Assembly: GCA_963771465.1 (NCBI GenBank)
Contig: CAVYTU010000012.1
Location: 160,001 to 224,000, forward strand
DNA from: an uncultured delta proteobacterium
Lineage (GTDB): Bacteria > Desulfobacterota > Binatia > UBA9968
DNA: 64,000 nucleotides
Direction: 5' to 3'
The notes under the pieces are model-generated. The model saw only the letters and a program-made list of their open reading frames with translations, was not told the origin of the DNA and searched no databases. Below, in pieces: positions 38,448 to 48,675 of this stretch; positions within the stretch are counted from its first letter, which is position 1, and every line of letters starts with the position of its first letter. The position numbers were made by a program, and so were the translations under genes.

Positions 38448-40505
38448 ATGGCTAATTTTACCGCGAAACCGGTGGGTAATTTATTGCGCGCGAAGTCGGT
38501 AGCGATCATCGGCGCGTCGCAGAAAGGCGCTTGGCCGCAGGGGATTTATCGCAATCTCAAAGGTGCGAAATATCCCGGCGGCGTTTATCTGATCAATCCA
38601 AACTACCAAGAATTGTACGGCGACAAATGTTATCCCAACCTCGCGGCTTGCCCGGAAGTGCCCGACGAGTTGCTGATTCTTATTCCGACGCGCGCCGTGC
38701 TCGGCGTTCTTGACGAAGCGGCGAAGCTGGGGACGCGTTCGGCGACTATTTACACAGCCGGTTTCGGCGAAGGCGACGATGAAAAGGGCAAAGAGCGCGC
38801 GCAACAGATGCGCGATCTCTGTGACCAGACCGGCATGGTGATTTGCGGGCCCAACTGCATGGGTTCCTATTCCGTCGGTGAAGGACTGTGGACTTTTCCA
38901 ACCGTGACGCCACTGCTCAAGAAAGGTCCGGTAGGTTTGATTTTTCAGAGCGGCGGGTCGCTCGGCAACTGGATCAAGGGCGCTACGGAACGCGGCATCG
39001 GTTTCAGCTATGCGATTTCCAGCGGCAACGAAGTGAGTCTCGATCTGGTCGATTATCTTTCATTCTTAGTCGACGATCCCGACACCAAAGTGATCACACT
39101 CATGGTCGAAGGCATTCGCCGTCCCAACGAGTTCATGAACGTCGCCGAACAGGCGTTGAAAAAAGGCAAGCCGATCTTAGCGGTGAAACTCGGCCGCTCG
39201 GAAATGGGCAAACGCCAAGCGATCTCGCACACCGGTTCGCTCGCCGGCGCCGACGAAGTGTTCGACGCCATGTGTAAACGCTTGGGCATCATTCGCTGCC
39301 CGACGTTGGAGGATATGACCGAGATCACTCTCGCGTTCATGCCCGGAAGATTTCCCAAAGGAAGCCGCGCGGCGATCGTCGTGAACTCCGGCGGCATGAA
39401 AGGTTTGATTTGCGATCACTGTGAAGACTTGAACACCAACTTGGCCCAATTGAGCCAAAAAACTAAAGACGCGGTGCGGCCATTGATCCCACCGGAATTG
39501 GCGGTCGAGAATCCACTCGAATGCGGCGTCGCCGGATTTGGTGATGAAGCCGGTTTCATTAACATCGTCAAACTACACGCTGAAGATCCGGGCGTCGATC
39601 TACTGGCGATCCACGGTGAGTTGCCGCGCGGTCAGAAGCGCAGCGCAGAGTTGTTCAAAAGCGCGATAGCGGCGACGGATAAACCCGTGCTCGCCTTCGG
39701 TCGTTCGACCTACAGTTGCCTGGATGAAAGCCGCGCGTTTCAGGAAGAAGCGGGCATGCCGTTCTTGCAGGCGATCAAGCCGACGCTGCGCGCATTGGCG
39801 GGATTGGGTTTGTACGGAGAGCGCAGAATTGCCGGCGTTCCGGCATTGCCGGCGGCAAGCGGTAATGCGGCTGATCTCGACGGCGAAAAATTGAACGAAC
39901 TCTTGCAGAGCAAAGGCATCGGTCTACCCAAGCAAGCGCTGGTGGACTCGGCAGCGGATGCGGCGGCACGGGCGAAAGAGATCGGCTTCCCGGTGGCGTT
40001 GAAATTGATCGCCGCGGACGTCGTGCACAAAACGGAGTCCGGCGCGGTGGTTCTCGGTTTGAAGAGTGCCGATGAAGTGCAAGCCGAAGGCGAAAAACTG
40101 TTGGCTAAAATTACGGGCAAATCGCAATTGTTCGTCCAAGAAATGGTGCAAGGCACCGAGGTGCTTATTGGCGCGCGCACCGACCCGCAGTATGGTCCGT
40201 TCTTGATGGTGGGTCTCGGCGGTATCTTCGTCGAAGTTTTGAAAGACGTATCGATTCGCTTGCTGCCAGTGGATGAAGAAGAAGCGCGCGCCATGCTCAA
40301 AGAGCTGCGCGGCTATAAAGTTCTCGAAGGCGTGCGCGGCCAGGGGCCGCGCGACGTTGATGCGTTGGTGAAAGCGATGGTTGCCCTGTCCGACATTTTC
40401 GCCGCGCACAGAAATCATTTGTCGGACATGGAGATCAACCCGATCATGGTGCGCGCGCAGGGCGGCGGAGTAGCAGCGGTGGATGTGCGGCTGGTGCGGA
40501 AGTAG
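38448..40505 (+). CDS. Acetate/acyl-CoA ligase (ADP-forming) family, fused alpha-beta
   Basis: VAIIGAS, GPNCMG, QSGG, SHTGSLAG (phospho-His), HKTESGAV, GLGGIFVEVLKD, EINP. Confidence 0.85.
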   Translation: MANFTAKPVGNLLRAKSVAIIGASQKGAWPQGIYRNLKGAKYPGGVYLINPNYQELYGDKCYPNLAACPEVPDELLILIPTRAVLGVLDEAAKLGTRSATIYTAGFGEGDDEKGKERAQQMRDLCDQTGMVICGPNCMGSYSVGEGLWTFPTVTPLLKKGPVGLIFQSGGSLGNWIKGATERGIGFSYAISSGNEVSLDLVDYLSFLVDDPDTKVITLMVEGIRRPNEFMNVAEQALKKGKPILAVKLGRSEMGKRQAISHTGSLAGADEVFDAMCKRLGIIRCPTLEDMTEITLAFMPGRFPKGSRAAIVVNSGGMKGLICDHCEDLNTNLAQLSQKTKDAVRPLIPPELAVENPLECGVAGFGDEAGFINIVKLHAEDPGVDLLAIHGELPRGQKRSAELFKSAIAATDKPVLAFGRSTYSCLDESRAFQEEAGMPFLQAIKPTLRALAGLGLYGERRIAGVPALPAASGNAADLDGEKLNELLQSKGIGLPKQALVDSAADAAARAKEIGFPVALKLIAADVVHKTESGAVVLGLKSADEVQAEGEKLLAKITGKSQLFVQEMVQGTEVLIGARTDPQYGPFLMVGLGGIFVEVLKDVSIRLLPVDEEEARAMLKELRGYKVLEGVRGQGPRDVDALVKAMVALSDIFAAHRNHLSDMEINPIMVRAQGGGVAAVDVRLVRK

Positions 40506-40550
40506 GACCTTTAGCCCCGTGTTCAGTAGAGCTGGTCGTAGATCGCGGCT

Positions 40551-41177
40551 TTACTTTGTAATCAACCGGTTTGACAACTCGTCTTTGTCGTCGGCTTGGC
40601 GCGGAAAATGGGTGGCGAGGATGTCGCCGCAACGCGCGATCGCTTGGCAAAATGCATTGCCGGCTTGCCCCGATTTGATGCCGGCGGTGATCATGTGGAC
40701 GATTTCATCCCAGGTGCCGGCGCTGACTTTTTGATTGATGCCGCGGTCGGCGAGCACTTCGACGCGGTGCTCTAAAAGAGAGATGAGAATCAAGATACCC
40801 GTGTGATCGCGGGTGTGGTGCAAGCCCTGATCGGTAAACGACGCGAGAGCGAGAGTGTGAACCGCCTCGTCGATACGACTCTTGGGCGCGAGCAATCGTT
40901 TCACTAATGCGAGCCGGGAGATGAGGAAACCAATTAACGCCCCGATCACCGGCCAAAGTTGAAAGTAAGGCGACCCCCAGGGATCGCTCCAGATCGCTTC
41001 GGCAATCATGCCGATCAGCAGTCCGAAAATGACGCCGAGCAATTCGATTTCCGTATAGCGCGCTGCCGACGTAACGATCATCGGCACGATCTCGCCGGCG
41101 GTTTTCGACTCGGCAGCGGCGACGGCCTGTCTTATCCGTTCTTTTTCGTCGTCGGTAAAAAAAGTTTCCGCTTTCAT
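40551..41177 (-). CDS. TPM-domain membrane protein
   Basis: AVAAAESKTAGEIVP, TRDHTGILI, LADRGI, HFPRQADDKDEL. Confidence 0.8.
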   Translation of the reverse strand: MKAETFFTDDEKERIRQAVAAAESKTAGEIVPMIVTSAARYTEIELLGVIFGLLIGMIAEAIWSDPWGSPYFQLWPVIGALIGFLISRLALVKRLLAPKSRIDEAVHTLALASFTDQGLHHTRDHTGILILISLLEHRVEVLADRGINQKVSAGTWDEIVHMITAGIKSGQAGNAFCQAIARCGDILATHFPRQADDKDELSNRLITK

Positions 41178-41179
41178 GA

Positions 41180-42025
41180 TTACCAGCTATCGGAAGAACC
41201 GCCGCCGCCGAAGCCGCCGCCTCCACCGCTGAAGCCGCCGCCACCAGAACCGCCGCCGAAGCCGCCACCACCAAAACCTCCGCCACCCCATCCGCCTGGG
41301 CCGCCAAAAATTATCGGTCCATGACGTCTGCCGCGGCCATCCCACATGCTGTTGCGCCTGCCGCCGGCCCCGGCGCCTAACGCCATCAGACCCAAGATCG
41401 CGAAGGTGATCGCGATCATAACGGGGGAATTCCAGTTCGACCCGGGACTTTGAGTTTTTTTGCGCGCCGACTCGGGCAACGGCTCTTTGCGGATAATTTT
41501 ATCGATCGCGGCGATGCCGGCGACGATGCCGCCGGCGTAATCCTGCTGGCGGAAGTGCGGTACGATGTAGTCAGCGGTGATGCGTTTCGCGATTGCGTCG
41601 GGCACGATTCCTTCGAGACCGTAGCCGACTTCGAGTCGCAGACGGCGGTCTTTGACCGCGACCACCAAGATCGCGCCGTTATCATGCCCCTTTATTCCGA
41701 TCTTCCAGGTCTCGGCGACACGGATGCTGTAACCTTCGATGTCTTCGCCGTCAAGCGTCGGGATCGTCAACACTACGACCTGATGACCGGTATCCCGCTC
41801 AAGCTGAGCGAGCTGGGATTCCAGCGATTGAACCTGATTCGCTTGCATTACGTTAGCGTAGTCGTTGACGCGTCCGCGCAGGGTTGGGACGTCAAGCGCG
41901 CTGGCGATTGCAGAAAATATGAGACTGAAAATAACTAACAACAGCAGGCGCTGCAGTACTGACCTTGTACCGCGTTGCCTGCTGTTGCTATTGCTGATGA
42001 GCGTTTTCAGAAGAGCAATCCGCAC
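41180..42025 (-). CDS. TPM-domain protein (YgcG-like) with Gly-rich tail
   Basis: GRVNDYAN, DNGAILVVA..DRRLRLEVGYGLEG, GGGGFGGGGSS..W; start uncertain. Confidence 0.85.
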   Translation of the reverse strand: MRIALLKTLISNSNSRQRGTRSVLQRLLLLVIFSLIFSAIASALDVPTLRGRVNDYANVMQANQVQSLESQLAQLERDTGHQVVVLTIPTLDGEDIEGYSIRVAETWKIGIKGHDNGAILVVAVKDRRLRLEVGYGLEGIVPDAIAKRITADYIVPHFRQQDYAGGIVAGIAAIDKIIRKEPLPESARKKTQSPGSNWNSPVMIAITFAILGLMALGAGAGGRRNSMWDGRGRRHGPIIFGGPGGWGGGGFGGGGFGGGSGGGGFSGGGGGFGGGGSSDSW

Positions 42026-42031
42026 CGTTAC

Positions 42032-42631
42032 TTAGAATTTCACCTGTGGCGGCTTTTGCGCGGCTTCATCGGCGCTGAAGTTTTCGCGCACTTTCATGCC
42101 GAGCAGATACTGCGCGGTTAGATTGGTCGGGAAGGAGCGTACTTTCGTGTTGAACTCGACAATTGCTTTGCTGTAGCGTCCGCGGGCGACGGTGATACGA
42201 TTTTCGGTGCCTTCGAGTTGGGCTTGTAGGTCGCGAAAGTTCTGGTTAGCTTTGAGGTCGGGATATTTCTCGACGACTACCAGTAATCGCGAGAGCGCGC
42301 CGGAGAGATTGCGCTGGGCGTCTTCGAATTTCTTAAACATCGCCGGATCGCTGAGCGCGTTGGCATCGAGCTTGATCGATGTCGCGGCGCTGCGGGCTTC
42401 GACAACTTTTTGCAGGGTTTCTTGCTCGAAAGTGGCGGCGCCTTTTACCGTCGCCACCAGATTGGGAATCAAATCGGCGCGGCGCTGATACTGGTTTTGC
42501 ACCTCGGCCCAGGCGCCTTTCACTTCTTCATCGAGTCGCTGGAGATCGTTATAGCCGCAGCCCGAGACGAGCAGGAGTGCGGCGAAACCAATGGTGAAGC
42601 CGTGCAATGAATTTAGTTTGCGTCCGATCAT
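42032..42631 (-). CDS. lemA: LemA family protein
   Basis: SGCGYN lipobox, QYQRRADLIPNLV, YPDLKANQNF..LQ.QLEGTENRI. Confidence 0.9.
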   Translation of the reverse strand: MIGRKLNSLHGFTIGFAALLLVSGCGYNDLQRLDEEVKGAWAEVQNQYQRRADLIPNLVATVKGAATFEQETLQKVVEARSAATSIKLDANALSDPAMFKKFEDAQRNLSGALSRLLVVVEKYPDLKANQNFRDLQAQLEGTENRITVARGRYSKAIVEFNTKVRSFPTNLTAQYLLGMKVRENFSADEAAQKPPQVKF

Positions 42632-42745
42632 GAGTTCGCTCCCTTCGATGCACGTCAATGTAAGACTGGCAGTGGCAAAGGGCAAGGGGCGAGTCGGAAT
42701 GATCGACCCAGAAAGCGGCGGGAGTGTCGTACTTAATCAATACGG

Positions 42746-42779
42746 AAAAAGGGGCACACTTGCTCAGTGCGCCCCTTTT
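42746..42779 (-). terminator. Rho-independent terminator (potentially bidirectional)
   Basis: AAAAAGGGGCACACT-TGCTC-AGTGCGCCCCTTTT just downstream of the minus-strand permease. Confidence 0.7.
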
Positions 42780-42815
42780 CGTTAACCCAACCTAAAACTG
42801 AGGATGAATCGTGGA

Positions 42816-43667
42816 CTATTCCGCTGATCCCACTGCGGGGCGCCAGCGATTAAAACGCTTTTCCACCCGGGTGATTAACTCGGTTCCGATCATCCCGGTA
42901 AGTGCGAATATGAGCACCCCGACAAAGACTTTATCGGTCTGGAAGGTGGCGCCGGCCACCGTGATCATAAAACCGATGCCGGCGGTCGCGGCATAAAGTT
43001 CACCCACCATCACACCCACGATGGCCCGGCCAAGTCCGAGCCGCAATCCAGTAAGAATAAACGGAACGGTCGAGGGAAATACTACGGTTTTAAAGATCAT
43101 CCATTCGGAAGCGCCGAAACTTCTCGCGGCGATGAGCAGATTCACCGGCGTGGTCTTCACTCCGTCGCGGGCATTGATCAATATGGGGAAAACCGCGCCG
43201 AGAAAGATGATGCCGACCTTGGACAGTATGCCGATCCCTAGCCAGATGATAACTAACGGCAAAAGCGCCACCCGCGGGGTCGCGTTCATCGCGTTGACGA
43301 AGGGATCGAATATATAGGCCACTTTCTTATACCAGCCGATGGAAATACCAAAGGGGACTGCAACAACGGCCGAAAGGAAATAGCCCCAGAAAAGCTCGAT
43401 GCCGCTAACGTAAAGGTCGTTGTAGATTTCGCCGGAAGAAAACATCTGAATAGCCGCGTTCCAAATTAGGGAAGGCGCGCTCATGAACATCGGATTGATC
43501 AATTGAAAGGTATTTCCGACCAGCTCCCAAATAACCAAGAAGAGGGTAACCGAGAGAGTGCCGAGAATTTTCTTCTCCTGGTTCAGGTAGAATTTGAACA
43601 AGCGCGACGCCTCAGCGACGCGCACGTCTAAAAGTAGCTCTTCGGTGGATTCATTTTGATTAGCCAT
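42816..43667 (-). CDS. NitT/TauT ABC transporter permease
   Basis: TPRVALLPL..IWLGIG, AARSFGAS, PSTVPFILTGLRLG, GELYAA. Confidence 0.88.
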   Translation of the reverse strand: MANQNESTEELLLDVRVAEASRLFKFYLNQEKKILGTLSVTLFLVIWELVGNTFQLINPMFMSAPSLIWNAAIQMFSSGEIYNDLYVSGIELFWGYFLSAVVAVPFGISIGWYKKVAYIFDPFVNAMNATPRVALLPLVIIWLGIGILSKVGIIFLGAVFPILINARDGVKTTPVNLLIAARSFGASEWMIFKTVVFPSTVPFILTGLRLGLGRAIVGVMVGELYAATAGIGFMITVAGATFQTDKVFVGVLIFALTGMIGTELITRVEKRFNRWRPAVGSAE

Positions 43668-44160
43668 GGCTCTTGTCCTTTCGTTTTTTATTCGGCGTTT
43701 TTGATTCCGTCGTCGTCAAATCCACCGCCGTGCTAAGCGGCGCATCGATACTCTCGATCAACCCCTGCAATATCTTCACGAACTTCGGACCGGAGGACTG
43801 TAATTCTTGCAAATGATGCAGTGAAAGTTTTTTGAGAAACTCCTCGCCGTCGTGAGTCAGCTTGACCAAGACTTGGCGTCGATCGTCGGTGGCGCGCAAA
43901 CGCAAAAGAAACCCTCGGTCGGACAGCCGGTCGACAAGCTCGACGGCGCTGTGGTGCTGCAACTGCATCCGTTCGGCGAGCACGCCGATAGTTGGTTTCA
44001 ATTTTTTGGGTAATCCCTTCACGGCGAGGAGCAGCTGGTGCTGTTGCGGCTCGATTCCCGCCTGGCGAGCGGCATTTTCACTAAAGCGCAAGAAACGCCG
44101 AATTTGATAGCGCAGCTCGGCCATCGCTATGAAGTCGGGGAGGTTTTTATGGACCGCCAT
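43660..44160 (-). CDS. MarR-family transcriptional regulator
   Basis: QQHQLLL, LAERMQLQHHSAVELVDRL, DRRQVLVKLT. Confidence 0.85.
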   Translation of the reverse strand: MAVHKNLPDFIAMAELRYQIRRFLRFSENAARQAGIEPQQHQLLLAVKGLPKKLKPTIGVLAERMQLQHHSAVELVDRLSDRGFLLRLRATDDRRQVLVKLTHDGEEFLKKLSLHHLQELQSSGPKFVKILQGLIESIDAPLSTAVDLTTTESKTPNKKRKDKSHG

Positions 44161-44166
44161 AATTAG

Positions 44167-44195
44167 ATCGTGTCACGATATTATCGTAACAAGAT
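44167..44195. promoter_or_regulatory. Tandem palindromic operators upstream of marR (probable autoregulation)
   Basis: ATCGTGTCACGAT (44167-79) and ATCGTAACAAGAT (44183-95); minus-strand TTGACA at 44216-21. Confidence 0.55.
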
Positions 44196-44435
44196 ATAAA
44201 ATTTTGACCGGGGTTTGTCAACCGCATTAGGCCTGTTCGGACGAACTCCTTTGTTGACCATCCAGTGACGATCCGGCTGATTTGTGAAAGTGTAAGGTTC
44301 CGCTCGCAATCGGTATTCGACTGCATTCATGGCTTCGACAATGGCGATCCCGCGCATCCCTTAGCGACGCGGTCACAGGCAGAACGTTGACTTTGGGTCG
44401 GTTTTCCTTTAAAAACTAACCTTCGAGAAAATCCT

Positions 44436-44750
44436 ATGAAATATGCAGTAATTAGAACCGGCGGTAAGCAATACCGCGTTTCCGAAGGCGATGTTGTCAG
44501 AATCGAAAAGCTCGACGGCGAGGTCGGTGCAAAGATTACCATGGAGGATGTCCTGTTCGTCGGCGGCGATGGCGAGGCGAAAATTGGCGCGCCATTGGTG
44601 ACCAACGCGAAAGTGACCGGCGAGATCGTCGATCAACTGCGCGCGAAAAAAATCATCGTATTCAAAAAGAAAAGACGCAAAAGTTATAGCCGTCAGCAAG
44701 GCCACAGACAGTATCAAACCGCACTGAAGATCACCGGCATCGAAGCGTAA
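44436..44750 (+). CDS. rplU: 50S ribosomal protein L21
   Basis: YAVIRTGGKQYRV, FKKKRRK...QGHRQ. Confidence 0.97.
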   Translation: MKYAVIRTGGKQYRVSEGDVVRIEKLDGEVGAKITMEDVLFVGGDGEAKIGAPLVTNAKVTGEIVDQLRAKKIIVFKKKRRKSYSRQQGHRQYQTALKITGIEA

Positions 44751-44767
44751 ATTAGGGAGCAGGCGCA

Positions 44768-45025
44768 ATGGCACACAAGAAAGCGGGCGGCAGTTCGCGC
44801 AACGGCCGCGACAGCAACGGGCAAAGACGCGGGGTGAAGGTATTTGGCGGCGAGACGGTGCGCGCGGGTAACATCCTGGTGCGCCAGCTCGGCACTAAGA
44901 TCCATCCGGGCAAGAACGTTGGCTTGGGGCGCGACTATACGTTGTTCGCGTTGATCGACGGCGTCGTGAAGTATGGGCGCCACAGCAAAATCCGCAAAAA
45001 AGTCGATGTCCTACCGATTCAATAA
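44768..45025 (+). CDS. rpmA: 50S ribosomal protein L27
   Basis: [25 protein letters not shown]. Confidence 0.97.
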   Translation: MAHKKAGGSSRNGRDSNGQRRGVKVFGGETVRAGNILVRQLGTKIHPGKNVGLGRDYTLFALIDGVVKYGRHSKIRKKVDVLPIQ

Positions 45026-45045
45026 CTTTCGCCGCCGCCAACGAT

Positions 45046-45071
45046 AAAGCCCCGGAAGGGGCTTTTTTTTT
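45046..45071 (+). terminator. Rho-independent terminator after rpmA
   Basis: AAAGCCCC-GGAA-GGGGCTTT followed by a T run. Confidence 0.85.
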
Positions 45072-45238
45072 GCCCGGTAGAAGCGGATGATAGCTGGAAG
45101 AGAAGTAGCGAGGTCTGTGGTCAAAAGGCGGAAGTCAGGAGTTTGAAGCCAGAAGGGGTTTGCGATTAGCACGATTTGAATTCGCTGCTGAATTCTGACT
45201 TCTGATCTCTGACTGCTGCCCTCTGTCTCTGTTTATCT

Positions 45239-46294
45239 ATGAAGTTCATCGATGAAACTAAGATCCGTGTAATCGCCGGCAGCGGCGGGCCGGGTTGCGT
45301 CAGCTTCTATCGCGCAAAATATGTTCGCCGCGGTCCGCCCGATGGCGGCAATGGCGGGCATGGCGGCGATGTCGTGGCCGAGTCGGACGCGCAACTGACC
45401 ACGTTGCTCGATCTACGCTATCGCAAGGAGTGTAAAGCGAGCCCTGGAAAGCGCGGCGCCGACGCTGGTTGTGATGGCCGGCGTGGTGATGACTATGTGA
45501 TTCGAGTTCCGGTGGGCACGATGATCCGCGACGTGGCGACGGGCGAGTTGCTCGCCGATTTAAAGAGCCCCGGCGAACGAGCCGTGGTCGCCGCCGGCGG
45601 GCGAGGTGGCAAGGGCAACGCTCATTTCGCCTCGTCAACCAACCGAAGCCCACACTATGCCCAGCCGGGCGAGCCCGGCGCGGAGCGCGAACTCGAGATC
45701 GAACTGCGGTTGCTCGCCGACGTTGGCATCATCGGTTTGCCCAATGCCGGCAAATCGACACTGATCTCGGTGATCTCAGCGGTGCGCCCGAAAATCGCCG
45801 ACTACCCGTTTACTACACTGGTGCCCAACCTGGGTGTGGTCGGATACGGCGAGGGCAGAAGTTTCGTTGTCGCGGATATTCCTGGGCTGATCGAAGGCGC
45901 ACACCAGGGACACGGACTCGGCGATAAGTTTCTCCGCCACGTGATGCGCACGCGCGTGCTGATCCATTTGATCGACGCCTCGCAGATCGACGACGCCGAC
46001 CCGTTGCGCGATTGGAAAACGATCAATCGTGAGCTGGAGCTGTTCGATGCTGAGCTCGGCGAAAAGCCGCAGATTGTGGTGGCTAACAAAGTCGATTTGC
46101 CTGAAGGCCGCGAGAAATCGAAGTTGTTAGCGAAGAAGTTGCCAAAGGCATCTCGTCCCTTGCACGTCATTTCCGCAGCAACGACCGAGGGTGTTCAGGA
46201 CTTGGTCTACTTGGTCGGCCGCAGGCTCGACACCCTAAGACAACAGAGCGAGTTGGATCGTGACGCAACTGGAGCACAAGAAGCCAATCCTTAA
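45239..46294 (+). CDS. obgE: GTPase ObgE
   Basis: Gly-rich Obg domain, GLPNAGKST, YPFTT, DIPG, NKVD; follows rplU-rpmA. Confidence 0.95.
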   Translation: MKFIDETKIRVIAGSGGPGCVSFYRAKYVRRGPPDGGNGGHGGDVVAESDAQLTTLLDLRYRKECKASPGKRGADAGCDGRRGDDYVIRVPVGTMIRDVATGELLADLKSPGERAVVAAGGRGGKGNAHFASSTNRSPHYAQPGEPGAERELEIELRLLADVGIIGLPNAGKSTLISVISAVRPKIADYPFTTLVPNLGVVGYGEGRSFVVADIPGLIEGAHQGHGLGDKFLRHVMRTRVLIHLIDASQIDDADPLRDWKTINRELELFDAELGEKPQIVVANKVDLPEGREKSKLLAKKLPKASRPLHVISAATTEGVQDLVYLVGRRLDTLRQQSELDRDATGAQEANP

Positions 46295-47396
46295 GCGCGC
46301 GCGCCGCGTCGTCGTCAAGATCGGTAGCCAGATTCTCTCTTCGAGCGACGGCATCGAAGAGGCGCGGTTGCGCGGCCTGGTGCGCGAGCTCGCCGAACTG
46401 CACGAACAGAAAAAAGAGATCGTTGTTGTCAGCTCGGGTGCAGTGGCGGCGGGGATGATGCAACTGGGGCGCAAAGAACGACCGAAATCGATTCCTGAAA
46501 AGCAGGCCCTCGCCGCCGTGGGGCAGATTAAATTAATGGCGCTCTACGAGCGCGCGTTTTCGAAATTCGGCAAAAGTGTCGCCCAGGTATTGCTAACGGC
46601 GGATGATCTCGCCAACCGGCAACGCTATATCAACGCCAAGCACACTTTTCAGGTGCTGCTGGAGTCGGCGATTATTCCGATCGTCAACGAAAACGACACG
46701 GTCGCCGTGGACGAAATGAAGTTCGGCGACAACGATCATCTGTCGGCGTTGGTGGCGACGCTATTGGAAGCGGATATTCTCGTGATCTTGAGCGACGTCG
46801 ATGGTGTCTACGACCAAGATCCGCGGGCGCATGAAGATGCTCAGCTGATTCCGCTCATTAGCGAAGCGCGCGGCCTGCGTCAGGCGATCGGCGGCGCGAG
46901 CATGAGCGCGTTGGGCACTGGAGGGATTGTGACCAAGCTGGCAGCGGCGGAAGAGGCTGCCTTGGCGGGTATTCCAACAGTAATCACGAGCGGCTTACAG
47001 AGCGGCGTGTTGGCGAAAATTTTCGATGCTAAAGAACAAGTCGGCACACTGATCTTGCCGGGAGCGGACCGCTTGGCGAGCCGCAAGCATTGGATCGCAT
47101 ACAATTTGAAACCGAGCGGCGAGATTGTCGTCGACCAGGGCGCGCACGATGCCGTGGTACAGAAAGGCAAGAGTCTTTTGCCATCGGGTTTGAAGGAAGT
47201 GCGCGGCGTTTTCGGTGTCGGGGAGTGCGTGCGTTGCTTGGACCTGGACGGCAAAGAGTTCGCCCGTGGTCTGGTCAACTACAGCGCCCAGGAGTTGAAT
47301 CGGATCAGAGGATTGCATACAAGCAGGATTGAAAAAGTTCTGGGCTACAAAGCTTACGAAGAGATCATTCACCGCGACGATTTGGTCATATTGTGA
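46260..47396 (+). CDS. proB: Glutamate 5-kinase
   Basis: VVKIGS, VSSGAV, NENDTV, FGDND, C-terminal PUA domain. Confidence 0.95.
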   Translation: MTQLEHKKPILKRARRVVVKIGSQILSSSDGIEEARLRGLVRELAELHEQKKEIVVVSSGAVAAGMMQLGRKERPKSIPEKQALAAVGQIKLMALYERAFSKFGKSVAQVLLTADDLANRQRYINAKHTFQVLLESAIIPIVNENDTVAVDEMKFGDNDHLSALVATLLEADILVILSDVDGVYDQDPRAHEDAQLIPLISEARGLRQAIGGASMSALGTGGIVTKLAAAEEAALAGIPTVITSGLQSGVLAKIFDAKEQVGTLILPGADRLASRKHWIAYNLKPSGEIVVDQGAHDAVVQKGKSLLPSGLKEVRGVFGVGECVRCLDLDGKEFARGLVNYSAQELNRIRGLHTSRIEKVLGYKAYEEIIHRDDLVIL

Positions 47397-47403
47397 GAAG
47401 CGC

Positions 47404-48675
47404 ATGCCGGCGACGAATGAAAAGTTAACCCAAGAGGCGCTGCGGCTTGGCAAGCAGGCGAAGATGGCCGCGCGCCAATTGGCGCCGCTCGCTTCGGCGG
47501 AAAAAAATCGCGCGCTGTTGCTGATGGCCGACAAGCTCGAAGCCAAGAGCGCCTTGTTGGTCGGGGAAAATCACAAAGACCTCGAGCTCGCCAAAGCCAG
47601 CGGCGCGGCGAGCGCGCTGCTCGATCGCATCGCGCTCAATCCCGGCCGGGTGCAGGCGATGGCGCAGGGACTGCGCGAAGTCGCGGCGTTGGCCGATCCA
47701 GTGCGCGAGGTGGTCAAGATGTGGCGCCGGCCCAACGGCTTGCAAGTGGGCCGCATGCGCATCCCGCTCGGCGTCATCGGCATGATCTACGAAGCGCGCC
47801 CCAACGTCACTGCGGACGCGGCGGCGCTCTGCCTCAAATCCGGCAACGCCGTGATACTGCGCGGCGGCAGCGAAGCGCATCATTCAAACCAAGCGATCGG
47901 CGCGGTGCTGCGCGAAGCTTGCGCCGAGACCCGCGTGCCGCAGGATGCGGTACAAGTCGTCCAATTCAAAGATCACGCGCTGGTCAACGAGCTGTTGCAG
48001 TTGGAAGATTATATCGATCTGATTATTCCGCGCGGCGGCGAGGATTTGATTCGCGCCGTGGTAGCGAGCTCGAAAATTCCCGTTATCAAGCACTACAAAG
48101 GCGTGTGCCATATCTACGTCGATGCCGACGCGTCGTTGGCAATGGCCGAGCGCATCTGTTTCAACGCCAAGGTGCAGCGGCCGTCGGTGTGCAACGCCAT
48201 GGAGACGCTGTTGGTTCATGAAGCCGTGGCGGCGAAATTTTTGCCCGCGATGATCGCCAAATATCAGGCGGCGGGCGTGGAGATTCGCGGTTGCGAGCGG
48301 ACTTGCGAGCTGGTCGCTGGATTAAAACCAGCGTCCGATGGGGATTGGTCGACTGAATATCTCGATCTGATTCTCGCCGTGCGCGTTGTTAAAGACATGG
48401 ACGCAGCGATCGCGCATATCGAGCGCTACGGTTCGGAGCACACCGAAAGCATCGTCACGACTAACTATCAACGGTCTCGCGAGTTCATCGATCGGGTCAA
48501 TTCTTCTGCCGTGATGGTCAATGCGTCGACCCGTTTCAACGACGGCGGTGAGCTTGGTTTAGGCGCCGAGATCGGCATTAGCACGAGTAAGATCCACGCC
48601 TTCGGGCCGATGGGTTTGGAAGAACTGACGACGACTAAGTTTATCGTCTTCGGCGACGGGCAAATCCGGGAATAG
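47404..48675 (+). CDS. proA: Gamma-glutamyl phosphate reductase
   Basis: PLGVIGMIYEARPNVT, VCNAMETLL, NASTRFNDG, GPMGLEELT. Confidence 0.95.
   Translation: MPATNEKLTQEALRLGKQAKMAARQLAPLASAEKNRALLLMADKLEAKSALLVGENHKDLELAKASGAASALLDRIALNPGRVQAMAQGLREVAALADPVREVVKMWRRPNGLQVGRMRIPLGVIGMIYEARPNVTADAAALCLKSGNAVILRGGSEAHHSNQAIGAVLREACAETRVPQDAVQVVQFKDHALVNELLQLEDYIDLIIPRGGEDLIRAVVASSKIPVIKHYKGVCHIYVDADASLAMAERICFNAKVQRPSVCNAMETLLVHEAVAAKFLPAMIAKYQAAGVEIRGCERTCELVAGLKPASDGDWSTEYLDLILAVRVVKDMDAAIAHIERYGSEHTESIVTTNYQRSREFIDRVNSSAVMVNASTRFNDGGELGLGAEIGISTSKIHAFGPMGLEELTTTKFIVFGDGQIRE

Noticed and set aside
41190-41305. GC-rich trinucleotide-like repeats
   Set aside because: They encode the normal Gly-rich tail of the TPM protein
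44204-44221. TTGAC-N8-GTCAA palindrome as an FNR/CRP site
   Set aside because: Spacing does not fit TTGAT-N4-ATCAA; it can be explained as -35 elements
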